In this document: piece by piece, positions 44,081 to 58,829 of the stretch
How positions within the stretch are numbered: position 1 is the first letter of the stretch
Layout: each line of letters starts with the position of its first letter
Origin: the human T2T-CHM13v2.0 reference genome, Homo sapiens
Assembly: GCF_009914755.1 (NCBI RefSeq)
Contig: NC_060926.1
DNA length: 64,000 nt
Strand: one strand, 5' to 3'
The notes under the pieces: generated by a model
Seen by the model: only the letters and a program-made list of their open reading frames with translations
Databases searched by the model: none
Told to the model about the DNA's origin: nothing
Made by a program: the position numbers and the translations under genes

Positions 44081-47000
44081 ATTGTCTGATTATTCTAGAG
44101 GCTGGTATCAGTATGCTCCTGTTAGCTCTTTCCATCTGTTTGCATGAATTTTACCCCTATGATGTACCCACTACTATGTATAAGTAAAAATACCCTCTTA
44201 GGTTTATGCCTCAGGTAAGATGCATGTATATCCAAAGCATGAGGAGGGGATGGAGCATATGTTTAGCTGATGAGTGGACCATGGTGTTTGATGCTATGTA
44301 AAAATTATGACCTCTGGATTGACTGGTTAAGCTGATGAAGCAAGGAAACTCAGGAGCATGGGTTACTAATGACAGCCCTCTTTGTTCAATGTGTTTAAAT
44401 AGTCTATATTACTTATTTCATTATGTTTAAGTTCTCTATATTATTTTACAGATATGCCTAAGTAGTTTACCATAGATACTCCCCATGTAATTTTAGATAA
44501 GTTATTTGTACCTTAAGGAGTGGGGCTGAATTTTAGTATATAAAAGTCCTGAAGAGTAAAGTGCTATTTTGAATGAATTTTAGGCTTGTTGGAACCCATG
44601 GAACAGGTGAGTAAATGCATGTGGTAAAAAAACAAATCATCCTGCCTAACTTGCAAGTCCTGCCAGTATGTTTCCATCATCAGCATTGTCCTCTCTTAAA
44701 AAAAAAAAAAAAAAAAAAAAAGAGAGACTGTCACTCACTAAAACAGAATGCATGGGGCAGGAAAAAGGGGGAGATCAGATGACCCAATAAGTCTGGTGAT
44801 GTGTAACTTCTGTGATTCTTAGTTAATGACACGAAGAATGTAGAATCTGCTGGAAGCCAAGTGGAGCAGGAAACAGATATGAGAAGGCCCAAAATGGGGA
44901 TTTATTTTGAGACTGTCTTTAATCTCACTGGTATTTTTTGAGTCATAATGTCAACGTAAGAAGACTGATAACAAATTCTCCCTCTCAGAGGGACTTAGTG
45001 AGATCAGACTACAATTCTGGGAAGAGGATCTTTCAATCTGTCGAGTCATGTATCCTATATGAATGCCCAGCACTTAGGAATTGGGCTGTGGAACACAGTG
45101 CCAGCTCCAGAGAAATCCCAAACGTTCTCCACAAACAGATGAGCATCAGTCAAACAATTTCTCAGTTTCACAAGAAGCACTGTAGTCCCGCTGAAACAGA
45201 CTTAGGTTCAGATCTTTCAGCGCACTGTGAGCCTTGGCTTATCATAATTGAAAATCTTTCTATCTAGTTATGACTCCAAAGCTCCAGCATCGTACCTTTC
45301 AAGGATTCTGTGGAGCACCCATATTGGATGGCCAAACACTAGACAAGATTATATTGGGCAGAAGCTGTGAGGTCAGTAAGATCCTTAAAACAAAGCATAT
45401 AAGACTAAGTTTCTATAGTAAGTTCCCAAAACCTGAACACCATTCTATCAAAACACATAAACATACACACACACACACACAAACACACAACTTTCTGGAA
45501 GAGATGTTTAGAAGCAGTTAATGAGGAGCTTATAAAACTCTAACAGCACCGCAATGTGAGTCCATGAGTCACCGGAAAGTATGTCAACCCTACCTTATTT
45601 ACAATTATCAGATAAGCATAGAACTTTCTCTTAGCTTCCCCTGCTTAAAACTTATTCTTTGTTATTTCCCAGGCCCAATTAGCATTTCTGCCCAGTGAAA
45701 ATTTCCCATACACTGTGCTTTCTGACTGTGAGTTACATAAAATAAACATGCATCTCTATTTCTCACCTTTTAAAAAATAATTATTCCCTCATCAAGCATT
45801 CGTCTTCATCCTTTCCCTGCTGTAAGTATATTTAGCCATTCAATCAAAAAACGACAATTACAACAAAAAGTCAGTGAGCTCAGGCTTGGACTGGGTCGGC
45901 TAAGAAATAAAAACAAATTTAACAGTATAATGTATACTGTAGTTTGGAAGACAAGATGTACAGAAAAGCAACAACAGAATAACAAAGATACAAAGATTAT
46001 ATGATGACATCAAAAAGCCCTCAAAAAGCAGAGTTATACAAAGCAAAAATAGAAAAATAGAAAATAAAGATGTGCTTTATACGTGTGTGTTATGTATTTT
46101 TGACGAATATTTCATAGTCTTGTTTTCACAAAAATAGAGGAACATTAGTATTGTATTCACTTTTAGAGATATGGACTAGTAATTTTATCTTATTTGATAT
46201 ACCTAATCTGTATCTATTATATGATGCTCATTGTTTGTCTTAATTATTAGATTTGCAAAAAGTAATGTAACATGCCTTAGGTTGGGTATACTATGTCCCT
46301 GACTTAATTTCTAAATTAAAGTTACTACATTTAAAAATCAGATAGTAAATAAAATATAAATCTCAACTATCAGTAAATTCCACACGTTGCTCAAAATGTT
46401 CTCTATTTGTTAACTGCATAATAAGAAATCATCTCATATAAAGTTCAATTTTTACTTTAAAATTGCATCCAGTAAAACTTTTAAAAACACATGTTTAAAT
46501 AATTGTGTAAACTTTCAGGACTTTTCTGGTAAAATAAGACCATTTTAGTCTTAAGAGATTATGAAAAATGGGTTCACCTTTGTTTTAAATAAATTTTCTT
46601 TGCTATTGGCAAGTTGTTGTAATTTAAACCTGCTTCGATAGTAAACCCTATAAATCAGGCCCATAATAGAAATTCTGGCAGTCTTTTTATCATTTCAACT
46701 GTTGAAATATGTTAAAAAAAATCTTTTGAAATCTTGAAATTTTCCCCAGGGCATCCATTTCCCTTTGCATAGCCAACAGGGGTAGAATCACCCAGCTTCA
46801 AAGTGTCTACAATGCAATAGTATGGTCATTAGAATGCCTATGATTTGAATACTAAATGGTGTATCAATGTCAGCACATGTGAAAGGAATTTTGGGACCCA
46901 GATAATTGGTCTTAGAGGTACAAATGTATATTCTTTTTTAGTTGACTAAGTTTTAAATTTTGAACTTTAAAAATAAAAAAAAATTCAGTTGGAACTTTAA

Positions 47001-47223
47001 AACTTAGAAAACTGAAAAACTTGCACACGGATTCTTCCTAGTGTTTTAGAATAATAGCATTTACATGCCAATCTACAAAACTAGTCATGTGACTCTAAAA
47101 CTCTCTGTTTATGATAAACTAAATTAATTCAACAGAAGATGCAATCTCCACAGTCAAGAAACTTGAATGTTGCCTAGGGATCTGGAAAGAGAAACTGTTC
47201 TTTCCAACGTAATTAAGTAAATA

Positions 47224-47800
47224 TGGTCATGCTCTGCATAATGAGATTTTAGTCAATGATGGACTGCATATACAAATTGTGGTCCCATGAGATTATAACA
47301 AAGCTGAAAATGTCCTACCACCTAGTAATGTCATAGCTGTTGTAACCTCATTTTACTTATTTTTAAAAATAAATTGAATGTAGTGTAAGTGTACAGTGTT
47401 TATATAAAGTATACTGTATTATGTAATAATGTTCAAGGACCTCACATTAACTCACCACTCACTCAGTGATTTACCCAGAGCAACTTTCAGTCCTGCCAGC
47501 TCCATTCATGATAAATGCCCTATACAGGTATACCATTTTTTTATCTGTTATACTATAATTTTATTGTACTTTTTCTAAGTTTATATATGTCTTGATACAC
47601 AAGTTCTTATTATTTTGTTACATTTGCTTACAGCATTTGGTAAAGTAATATGTTATACAGTTTTATAGCCTACAGCAATAAGTTATACCAGACAGATATA
47701 CCAGATAACTGTATCATGTAGATTTATGTAAGTACTCTCTATGATGTTCACACAATGATGAAATTGATTAACAATGCATTACTCTGAAGGTATACCTGTC
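47224..47800 (+). mobile_element. Tigger3 (Golem) derivative
   Basis: gtcatgctctgcataatgagattttagtcaatgatggactgcatatac...ggtcccatgagattataa; actcaccactcactca. Confidence 0.85.
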
Positions 47801-49080
47801 TTTACTTTATATATTCATATAAAAATTTCTTTGACACGATGAGGATCCCAACAGAATGTCATTAATTGTGTAGTGTGGGGCATTTTTTGATGTAGATTCT
47901 TAAAACCCAATTACAAATTTTCTAAGCAGAAAAGGTAAGGAGAGAAAAGAAAACTCTGGAGTATTAAGAAAACATGAAAAACAGAGGCAGAGAAACAAAA
48001 ATAAAAAGATACTGCATTCAAGAAGCACAAGTATTTCAGAAGCCTGATGCATAAGCATGAAGGAAACAGGGGAGAGATAATGAGAAATAAACCAGATCCC
48101 AAAGCGATAACGTTTGTAGAGGAAAGTCTCCCCTAAGATTTAGTTGCTAGATAAAGTTGTGTACTTGAGCAAGTCATTTAACTGTTGCATACATCAACAT
48201 TTAATTGAGAGAATGATCCAGGTGACCTCTATGGCACTCATGAATGATACAATTATTTTGGAAGCTGACAAGACTAAAGCCATTATTTTTTATGATTATT
48301 TGGTAAGTTTATAGATTCACAAAAGAATATCTGCATTTGCACACATTTTTACATCCTTACATTTGTTCCATAATAAGTTTAAGGCAGCTGTCAAAAAAAA
48401 TACAATGAAATCAGAATAAAATGTAACTCAATATATGAAGTTAGGGCCAATGAAAAACAAAACACATACAAGCAGATTCACAAAATTTATACAATCGATC
48501 TTCAAGTTTAGTGTTGATTTTCTTTTTAGCTATATGAAAAAGAATACATTGTTGTTTTTTAATTCTCATTATCAAAAAAATAAAAAGAATATCAGGACCT
48601 AAGCAAGGCTTTATTTAAAATTACATCTTAAATTCAGTTTCTCACATTGTTAATGGGACTACCAAATGATGAGCTGGGCGATATTTTGCAGTAATTGCTA
48701 CAATTAATGAAACATTACTTTTAGTGGCTATAGATAAAGCCAATGATAAAAATTTTACTCATATCAATTTGATGGCATTTCACTGAAAGACTAAGCTAAA
48801 ATAGATTACCTTTGCTATGCCCTGACGTTCTGACACTTTTTTTCAAGAACAAAATTTCAGGAATAAAATTGTAGATGTATCTTTGCTCTTTCATAAATAA
48901 ATGCTCTCAGCTGGCATCTGATAAATTCTGGATAGGGGAAAAACTAGGCATATTATATTTGTAGTAAAAATTAATACACATAAACATTATCTTAACAGGC
49001 ACATTTCTATTAGACAAAACGATCCCTAGAAAAAATGTAGAAGATACACAGACCAGACATACAAATAAAAGAGGATGCGT

Positions 49081-49374
49081 GGCCGGGCACAACGGCTCAT
49101 GCCTGTAATCCCAGCACTTTGGGAGGTGGATCAACTGAGGTCGGGAGTTTGAGACCAGCCTGACCAACTTGGAGAAACCCCATCGCTACTAAAACTACAA
49201 AAATTAGCCAGGTGTGGTGACGCATGCCTGTAATCCCAACTACTCGGGAGGCTTAGGGAAGAGAATCGCTTGAACCTGGGGGACAAAGGTTGTGGTGAAC
49301 CAAGATCCCACCATTGCACTCTAGCCTGGGCAACAAGAAGGAAACTTTGTCTCAAAAAAAAAAAAAAAAAAAAA
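49081..49374 (+). mobile_element. AluSp/Sq
   Basis: ctgaggtcgggagtttgagaccagcctgaccaac; long A tail; TSD-like aggatgcgt/aggatgtggt. Confidence 0.93.
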
Positions 49375-50014
49375 GGATGTGGTTTCTACCCTTTAGAAAC
49401 TAGAAAGAGAAGTTTAGAGATGGTACTTTGTGTTTCATCTTAGCATGACATAGATATCCTTTAAGTAAAATTCTACAGTAGGTATAATAGGAAGAAAAAT
49501 CCAATAAAATTGAACTTTTCTTCCTTCTTTCGTAGATATTTCCCTCAGTTAAAATTATTATATAGTACTGTGTATAGTATTTCATTACCTATATTTCCAT
49601 TCTATTTGGTTCCATTTTACTAACATATCTATGTATCCACCCTTAATACCAAAAATTACAATGCACAACTCATAGTATTTCTAGTAGGATATGAAAAAAA
49701 AAGTAAAAATTCAGGAAAAAAACACAATATTATTTTTTCTATACAGTATTATATTAATACACAATATTGGAATAACGCATTAAAGGAAACTGACTTAATA
49801 GGACAATTTGAGATAAAAAGGCAACTATTATATTCAGCCAAGGCACACCTGGATTTTTTATTGCTATATTTTAAAATAATGTTAATAAGTGGATCTTTAT
49901 AGGTAGGCTTTCTGAAATACTTGGCATATTCTCACGTGGTAGTGATAAAAAGTACAGTTCAAACATTTATGTCTCTAAAGTCCCAGACATTGTGCTGAAG
50001 GCTGGTGGTAAAAA

Positions 50015-50172
50015 TTTATATGTATATATACATTTTTATATACAATTATATATACATATATATTTACATTACATATGCCTATACATTTTATATATATACA
50101 TTTATATATGCACATTTTTACTATCAGCCTCTCTATATATACACACACATATATGCATATGTATATATATTT
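50015..50172. repeat. (TA)n/(TACA)n low-complexity tract
   Basis: Degenerate alternating TA/CA. Confidence 0.85.
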
Positions 50173-50793
50173 TTAAACATCAGAGAGTTTAATGTCTAGA
50201 TGGGAAAGTATATACATAGACCTATACTTTCACTTCAGATAACACTGTATGACTTGAAGAATAGGAAGATACTCTTCATCGTATCACCTTTTCTTATGTG
50301 AACTTAATCACAGAAGCTGATCAATAATATATGTGAAATAAATTCACAAATAAACATATGCATCCAGAGAGAGCCCAGAGAAGAAGCATTTACTTAAAAG
50401 TATAATCTTAAGAGTGACAAATGACTTCTTAGAGGGATAAAAAGAATGCAAATCAACTCAGCAAATAATATTTGGCCATTCAGCAGTTTAAATGATCTGA
50501 TGTCAGTTGTAAAAGAACTGTCAAATATTTTCAAAAACTGGTTCATATTGATGCTTACCATGAAAAAAAGACCAAAAAATATTTAAAGTATGCTCAAAAG
50601 GTGGCCAAAAGAACTAATGTAACTGTAACCTAAAAATATATGGAAATATTTATCTATTGCAAACAAGCAAGCGGGTATAGCAGGAAGGTCTAAAATGATG
50701 TTATTAATAGCCATACAGAGTGGTGAAAGCCATTTTCTTTTCCGATCCCCAGGTCATTCTGTGAAGAAGACACTACTATTGTTCTCATTTTAA

Positions 50794-51809
50794 TGTCATC
50801 ATTGTACCCCCGGCTGACAGGCAAGATGGACTCTCTGTGGCTAACATGAAACTCTGGAGAGAAAATTAAGTAGCCATGGCAGATAAAAGGGGCTGTTCAC
50901 ATATCTCTAACATTACTAAATACCATATGGTTTCTTAACTGCCATAATGTTTTCCCGCTATTAGGCAGAAACCGGTTTGAGAGAAACACTGTCCAAATGA
51001 CCCTGGTGGACAACCTTACAACAGCTGACTGAAACACCCCCTCCTTGAGGGTCCGGCCAACAGCTCCAGTTGGATAGGAGACTGGCCTTACAAACATTCT
51101 TTGTTGATGAGAAGTTACAGACACTAAGCCAGTTCCAGCTGGCTTACAGAGGCTGCACATAAAATGTCTTTGTGCCCTATAGTTCACCTTTTGATGTAAA
51201 AAGCCAAATTCCGACTGGGCGCAGTGGCTTATGCCTGTAATCCCAGCACTTTAGGAGGCAGAGGTGGGCAGATCACTTGAGATCAGGAGTTTGAGACCAG
51301 TCTGTCCAACATGGTGAAACCCCATCTCTACTAAAAATACAAAAATTAGCTGGGCGTGGTGGCGCACTCCTGTAATCCCAGCTACTCAAGAGGCTAAGGC
51401 TCGAGAATCCCTTGAACTCAGGAGGCAGAGGTTGCCGTGAGCCAAGATCGTGCCACCGTGCTCCGGCCTGGGAGACAGAGCGGGACTCTGTCTCGAAATA
51501 AATAAATAAAGCCAAATTCCATCTCATTTTAATGTTAAAATCCCACCCCAAAGTAAATATGAGATTTACCTTACATGTATGTTAACTAACTGCACATGCA
51601 CTAGACTTGTATACTTGTAGACATTCCCCAAACCTGGCAAATATACATGAAAACAAACCCTGGAAGGTTTAAAAGTCACTGTTTCCTCCCTTTCTGCAGA
51701 GCATGTGCTTATGGTTCCCCCAGCGGCTACATCCCCAAACTGCAGATCTTTAAACTAAAGTTTTCTTCTTTTTCCTTCCTCTGTAAATCTCATGGTTACT
51801 TTATTAACA
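50794..51809 (+). mobile_element. ERV1 MER4-group solo LTR (subfamily uncertain), split by an Alu
   Basis: ctatagttcaccttttgatgtaaaaagccaaattcc|atctcattttaatg; ends ttaaca; left boundary uncertain by ~10 bp. Confidence 0.7.
51213..51507 (+). mobile_element. AluSx/Sz
   Basis: Full dimer; TSD aaagccaaattcc. Confidence 0.95.
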
Positions 51810-52204
51810 GAACTGATATAACTATAACCCCCAAACCTATAGAAACACTTACCTATTGCAAGCAAGTAAGCAAGAAAGGCTGAAGCAATATTACTAATAG
51901 CCATGCAAAGTGCTTAAAGACGTTCTCATTGAACCCCCCGTTCAATTCTGAGAAGTAGACACTGTCATTGTCCTCGTTTGTGACTTATTTAAAGGACATA
52001 GCTATCAGTTTGGCGAGATAGAAATAGAAACCAAATTTGTCAAATTCCAGAATCTACAATGTTCTACTGTCTACAGACAAATGATATGCCAAGAGCAAGA
52101 ACTCCTACATGTTTGTAGTAATAAATAGTAAGGAGAAAGCTGTCATTTATTTACTGAATGCCTGCCATGTGTGAGAGACTGTTACACATTTCATCTACAT
52201 TGTC

Positions 52205-52517
52205 TTTTTTGTTGTTTTGGTTTGGTTTGGTTTGATTTTTTTGAGACAGGGTCTCATTTTGTCACCCTGTCTGGAGCGCAGTGGGGTGATCACGTCTCCC
52301 GGCAGCTTCAATCTCCCAGAGTCAAATGATTCTCCCACCTCAGGCTCCCAGCTGCATGCTGGGCGCATGCCACCACAACTGGCTAGTTAAAAAAAAATTG
52401 TAGAAACAGGGTCTATGTTGTTCATCAAGCTGGTCTCAAATTCCTGGGCTGAAGCAATCCTTCTGCCTCAGCCTCCCAAAGTGCTGGCGTTACAGGCCCC
52501 AGCCACTGTGCCTGGCC
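52205..52517 (-). mobile_element. AluJ inserted into an antisense MIR (MIR ~52140-52700)
   Basis: gagacagggtctc...ctcaaattcctgggctgaagcaatcc; MIR motifs on both flanks. Confidence 0.88.
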
Positions 52518-55500
52518 TTCACTAGCTTTATAAATCCTCACATCAATCTTATCATTTAAGGATTGTTTTCACAAATTAAATAACAAGAAAAGAAAGCCTT
52601 GGAGTTAGCCTATACGACTTGTTTAAGGTTATAAAATTAGTAAATTACAGAGCTGTATTCAATGTAGACATTTTTGAAAACTAAAGTCTGTTCTCTATGT
52701 AAACTGCTGTGCTGTCCAAGGAATTATAGTAGTGGCTATTGAAATTAAGAAAAAATTCTCCATAGTTTTAGAAGCAAAAGATGACATTATCCTAGATACA
52801 CCTAACATTTGAGTCAACTATTAGCTCTAAATACTGCCGTGGATCATTACAGTAGCGTCAAGAGCCTTCAGACACTTCACTTTCTCTAGACTATGCCAAA
52901 TTCCTTAATATGGTCCATTTATTTTTTTAAAAAATCAGTATCTTTTTAATTTCAATATAATGGTTTCAATATCTCCATGATTTAAGTAAAACCTTTCACC
53001 AAGCACATCAAATATTTAATTTCACCTTCCCTTTACACACAAATTATTGCAATGGCTTCCTTTGCCTCTATGGTATCAAACCAAATTCTATAGCCTGGCA
53101 TCTATGCCTTCCATAATGTGGTCCGTGTTTAATTATCAATCAAGCCTTACATACCACAATTCCAATATAGATGCACCATTCCATTTTTAATACTCTCCTT
53201 TTCCAATACTTAACTTTCTTTTATTTCTGTAACTTTGTTCATCTTATTTCAATTTAGACAAGGTGCTTTGCTAGAACCACCTTTTTAAAAGCTGGCAATT
53301 AAACTTAAAAATTCACAGTGTTTTGTAGCATCTTGTGACCTACCTGGCAAGTCCATAAAAAGTGGCAAAATATTCCCTTACTGACATTAAAATACTGATT
53401 TATAATTACCCTTTTAGTTTTCTTCTGAGATGCTTTTAGATACTACTTTTGAGAGTTGTTTCCATTATCTCCTTACAATTGTTATGTGACTAGCTATTAT
53501 GTAACACACACAAAAGAAAAACTATCACAAGAATGGAATGCTAGTCACCAATATTATTATTACTCTTTTACAAACATGGTTATGAAGTAGAACAAATCTT
53601 CTAAATAGAATATTAGGGTATTGGAGAATACAATTTTTTAAATACATCACTAACTGCCTCTCTTTTACTGGGTTTCTTATAATACTGAAAAATTACATGT
53701 ATCTATCACCAGACCTGATCATCTTTTGGTGGTCTGTGTTGAGCAGATGGTCAATGTCTATAGCCAGTGTGCCTGTCCATGTTACGTTGCATTTGCTTCT
53801 GCTAGCAATGCATGCATCACCAGATCATATTCCACATTTCAGAGACTGAAAACCATTTCACACTGTCATCATTATTTTCTTCTATTTTCTGACAAAAAAG
53901 ACAATCATGGATTTCTAAAATGTGTATTTGTTTAATTAAGAATCAGTTTGGCAACACCCTTGGCTTTGGAGGTGTTTTTTGGAAGTCATAATCAATTTCT
54001 TTATCACATTTTCATACAGTGGGGGGAAAAATACCTGGCACTACCATATGTTACAAGGACTGCAGCCTTAATTTTTCAAGTTCTCTATGCTTTGCTGGAA
54101 AATTTCCTATTCTAGATCCTATAGTGAGCTCTCAAATGACCATCAATAAGTTTTTCTGGTTTAAGCAGTTTTTCAAATTTTTAAGCATGTAAACTATATT
54201 TGAACGCATCCTTCTTTTTGTATTTTAGTTTTTAGGGAAGCCATAGGAAATCAATTATCTTGCCACTAAAGGGTGAGAAGCTGTGCATGATAAATTATTG
54301 TTATGAGATATTTTACCCTTCTGTTACATGGTTCTTTGAACCTGAGGGTATCTGTATGTTGGATTGAATCAGAACCAGAAATTTTCATTTTTTTTCTAGC
54401 TTTAAATCAAATAAGGTTGGCCTCATGTATTTTAGCATAGATCATATTTTGCTTTCTGTTTTGAACTAGGAGTTGTAGTTTTCCCCTCCCATTTTCAGAA
54501 TGGTCAAAGTTTTTACTAATATTAGAATGATCCCACATGCAAGAATGGAATGCTAGTCACCAATATTTGGCTGTTCAAATCAAATCTATATAATGAACAG
54601 GAAAGTGACTCTCAAACTACATACAAAAATGTATTTGGACCAAAATATTTCTCAAGAGTGGAAATAATTAAATATAACATGGAATGAGACCAGTCAACCA
54701 AAAAGTATTAGTTTCCAAGCCTTCTCAATAAGCTTTCAAAACATTATTTTTAATAGTGTTTGAGGTAAAAAAAAATCTCAAAGTAACACTATAGAAATAA
54801 ATATTTTACAATGAAACTAAAAACAAATGAAGACCAAAGTTGTATCTTCATGTATACTTTTATTATTTCCTGCACACTGGTGATTTTGTTATATTCTTAT
54901 AGATACAATCAAAAAACTTGCAAACTATGTAACATTGTAAAAGTGTTATTATGTTTGTGATTGTTTAAGAGAGATTGTTCACAGATCTTTCTGGGTGGGT
55001 TATTAGCTTAAGTTTGGAGAATTTATTGAGATATTTCAAAATTATCTATTCCAGTACAGAAAATCAAAATTTTTGGAATGATGCTTTTATACATATCAAA
55101 CTACTGAAAAGATGAATTTTTATGACATTTGGATGAGAACTCCTCCTTCTTCACTTATATCCAACCATTTCTTCCCCATTTGACTTATAGTCATCTAAAT
55201 TTTGAGTATGAGATGGAGAGGAAAGGGGCAAAATATCAACTTTTTCTTGGTATGAAGACATTGAGAAGCAGGTGTCTTTATTTCCTGAAATTTTAGACAA
55301 CAGTGATATAAAATAACACATTTCTGAGCCATGCAAGATTGAATATCAAGTAAAAAGTTTCAAGGCCCACTATGAAGAACCTGTGTTAAAACTCAAAAAA
55401 TAAGCTACTGTCACCTATGTAGTTGGGGAAAAAAATATCCACTAAACTAATGTGAGCCTAAGAGTGTTTATTTCTTAAATGTTTTAGCAGACTCAGTGGC

Positions 55501-57090
55501 TTAAAATAGTTTAGGATAAAATTATCAGTTTCTATTTTGTACGTTTTAATAGGAACATCTAAATATTTCAAAACTATTAAAAAAAACCCTGCAATTCATT
55601 TTCCTCTCTATTTAATTCAACCCTTTAAGTTTACAAAAAACTCAATAAAGGTATGTAATATTAACTGTTTTAGGAATGTGAACTTTCTAACCATTCATCT
55701 ATGTGAGGTTGAAGTTCAGATGAAAGCTAAAATCAGCTTCCATCTTTCTCAGTAGCTTTATTCATATGTAGATGGAGTTTGTGATTTTAGCTAAGTTTCA
55801 AAACAATTGCTTAATGGTTCATGAAACATGGGGATAAGCTGAAGTTTACTTCAACTTAGGTAACAGTTATATTTTGACCTTAAAACTTGTCAGGAGGTGC
55901 TAATCTGTTATGATAATGACTTTGGATTATTTGAAAATTACTAATTCCAGTAATTTTTACAAAAACATATTTTAAGTATGAAACGCTCAAGTACAATTTT
56001 TATAATATAGCGAATTCAGGTAATTCCAAGCTCATTTTTTAGTGTGGCTTTGTATTATCTCACATGTATGTATAGACAGACTTCAAGGCAGAGGCCAGTC
56101 GCTCCCCTGAGGTTATCACAGTTACACTGCCCTACTTCTGATTCCATCTTAAAGGTCACTCACATCATCTGGAAATACAATTCGTTTCATAATCCTTCCA
56201 AAGAATGAGAAGGCATTCTTTCTCTTTGGCATTCTTCTTTCTGGATCTCCAAATCTATGAGGTACTCTACACAGTGGGGATATTGGATACAAGAAACTCA
56301 AAAGGTTCCAGATGTGTCTAAATCATTAAGTCATAAAAAGTTAAGATAAAAATATGGTAAATTACTTGTTAATACAATCCTATTTCATCCCAAACATATA
56401 GATGATTCATTATTCAAAGCCCCAACCAATAGCATGCAATACTGTAGGCCTATGTCTAGTTTTCACAATAAAATATCTGGTTAGAAATTTCAACAATCAT
56501 TTATAATTTTCTTTGATGTGATGAAGATCGTAGTAGTTACTTTAAGAAAAATCAGTTTTCTTTTTTTTGCTTCTGAATCACCATGCATACTTCAAGGTAT
56601 TTTACAGAAGTTACATTAATTCTCAGAATAACAATCTTAAAAAAGAAAGTAGCCAGGAAGGGAAGTAAAATATGTAAGAGGAAAAAGAATAATAACAAGT
56701 TCTAAGCATCTAACATATGCATTTGTTATGCTTTTAGCTTTGGAGTGGTGTTTTATGTGCCAGAGCTGCTTTTTATTATTCTGCAATTATAAATCTGAGT
56801 GTAGAAATGTAATAATAAGTCAGCACAGATATCCTAATAGAAAAATACATTTGGTTCAATATATTCTAGGTTATCATCCAATGGAAATAATGCTGAATGT
56901 ATAGTGGCATAATTTGACTCAGAATTAAATACGTGATCAGTTCCTATCGTTATACTGGTACTGCCATAGCAAGCTTTTTAGGATGGGATTCTTATGAGTC
57001 TTCTTTGAATCCTTCTAAGATGAGTAAAATGCAAGACATTGGGTTAACATAAAACCTGTGAGAAATGGAAGCACCTATTTCTAATTTTCA

Positions 57091-57357
<267 letters not shown>

Positions 57358-58540
57358 AAAACCATGAAGAACAGAAAGACTTTATTTTGTATTTATCAGA
57401 CCATATTTATTATAAAGCCATATTTATTATAGTAGTAAAAATTATACAGTGGGTTTTTCTTGTTTGGACCTACCAAAATGATTGCTTTCAGAATTTTGGT
57501 AAATCATACATTTTAGAAGTTAGAATCTTATAGGGAATATCATTTAGCAAATAGTACATTTTAAAAAAACTATTTAGGAATCAGATATTAATCAGATATT
57601 AAGGAAGCTCCACAGTGTTAGAATGATTGGTATTATTATAGAACTACATTAATTTAGTCATAATCACATAATTTATAACACATTAAGTCAAAGAGTAATA
57701 TAAAAGGAAATAATAATTTAGTTGGTTGCTAGAATACCTTTAGTAGTCAAATTAGACACACACTATGCTTTTTGTAGTCTGGGTACAAATTAAAGAGGAT
57801 TTTTGTTTGAGGAGGAGCCAAAATTATCAACAAAATGTGACTTGGTCATTTATGTAAGAAGACAACAGAGATACTTATTTTAAAAAATGATTAATCTCAT
57901 TATTATTTTGCTGGTACAATACTGCTAATGGGTATGGGACAGAATATAAGAAGCCTAAAAGTATAGAATATAAGTATATATCTTGTTATTTTTGGTTATT
58001 TTATCAAACATATGATAAAAATTTGGCATTTTGGATAAAACCAGTTTTTAATTTCCCTGCTGCAAATGAATACAACATGATAGTAAAACATAACTGTGTC
58101 AAAAGTATTTAGTATGGCTGATGTTAATATTAGTTTTTATAATTTTCACATCCTCTACAATATAGCTCTTTCTTATATAGTACAGTAGCATTTGTATGTA
58201 TTTTATTGTCAAAAATGACCTCTTAGAAGTTATGCCAAGTATGATGTATGGTTAACAAAATAGAGAGCGAAGAAATAGGCTTAATTCTGTTTATTAGCCT
58301 TCTTATAAGTAGATCTTTGTAACAAACTAATTTGATCCCTAAAACAAACAATAAGGGAGATATTATTTTTTCCCATTGACAAATGAGAAAATTGAGACAC
58401 AAAGCTTTTATTCCTAATCACTGTGCAAAACGTCTTTTATCAAAATAAAACATAAGCCTTTCTTATTTGCCTACAAGAGAAGTTATTTTTATAATTTGGC
58501 AGTATGTGAATATATAAAAAATGATAATATGGAGTATAAA

Positions 58541-58664
58541 TAGGATGTTCATATAATTAATCATCCAAATCAGGACACTTCTGAGAATGAAAGAAGGTTC
58601 TTAAAATCTGGTTGGGATAACATAAACTGGGCCTATCTCAGGCAAGGAACATAAGGTCAGACTA
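58541..58664 (+). mobile_element. MER94-like hAT-Blackjack MITE
   Basis: taggatgttcatataattaatcatccaaatcaggacacttctgagaatgaaag...ggtcagacta. Confidence 0.65.
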
Positions 58665-58774
58665 GGCATAATAAAGGCAAAATATGAAGAATTTTTTAAT
58701 ACTTCCATGTAAGAAATTTAGAGCAGTTAATTTAATAAAAGTGAATGTACACAATTCCAAATACAGGTGTAGAG

Positions 58775-58786
58775 TATCTATCTATC

Positions 58787-58829
<43 letters not shown>

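Noticed and set aside
44938-45521. 109-aa and 83-aa + strand ORFs
   Set aside because: No known homology; the first has a non-ATG start and the second runs through a (CA)n tract
55151-55336. Minus-strand acceptor (tttcAG) with a short ORF
   Set aside because: Early stops, no donor and no recognisable protein
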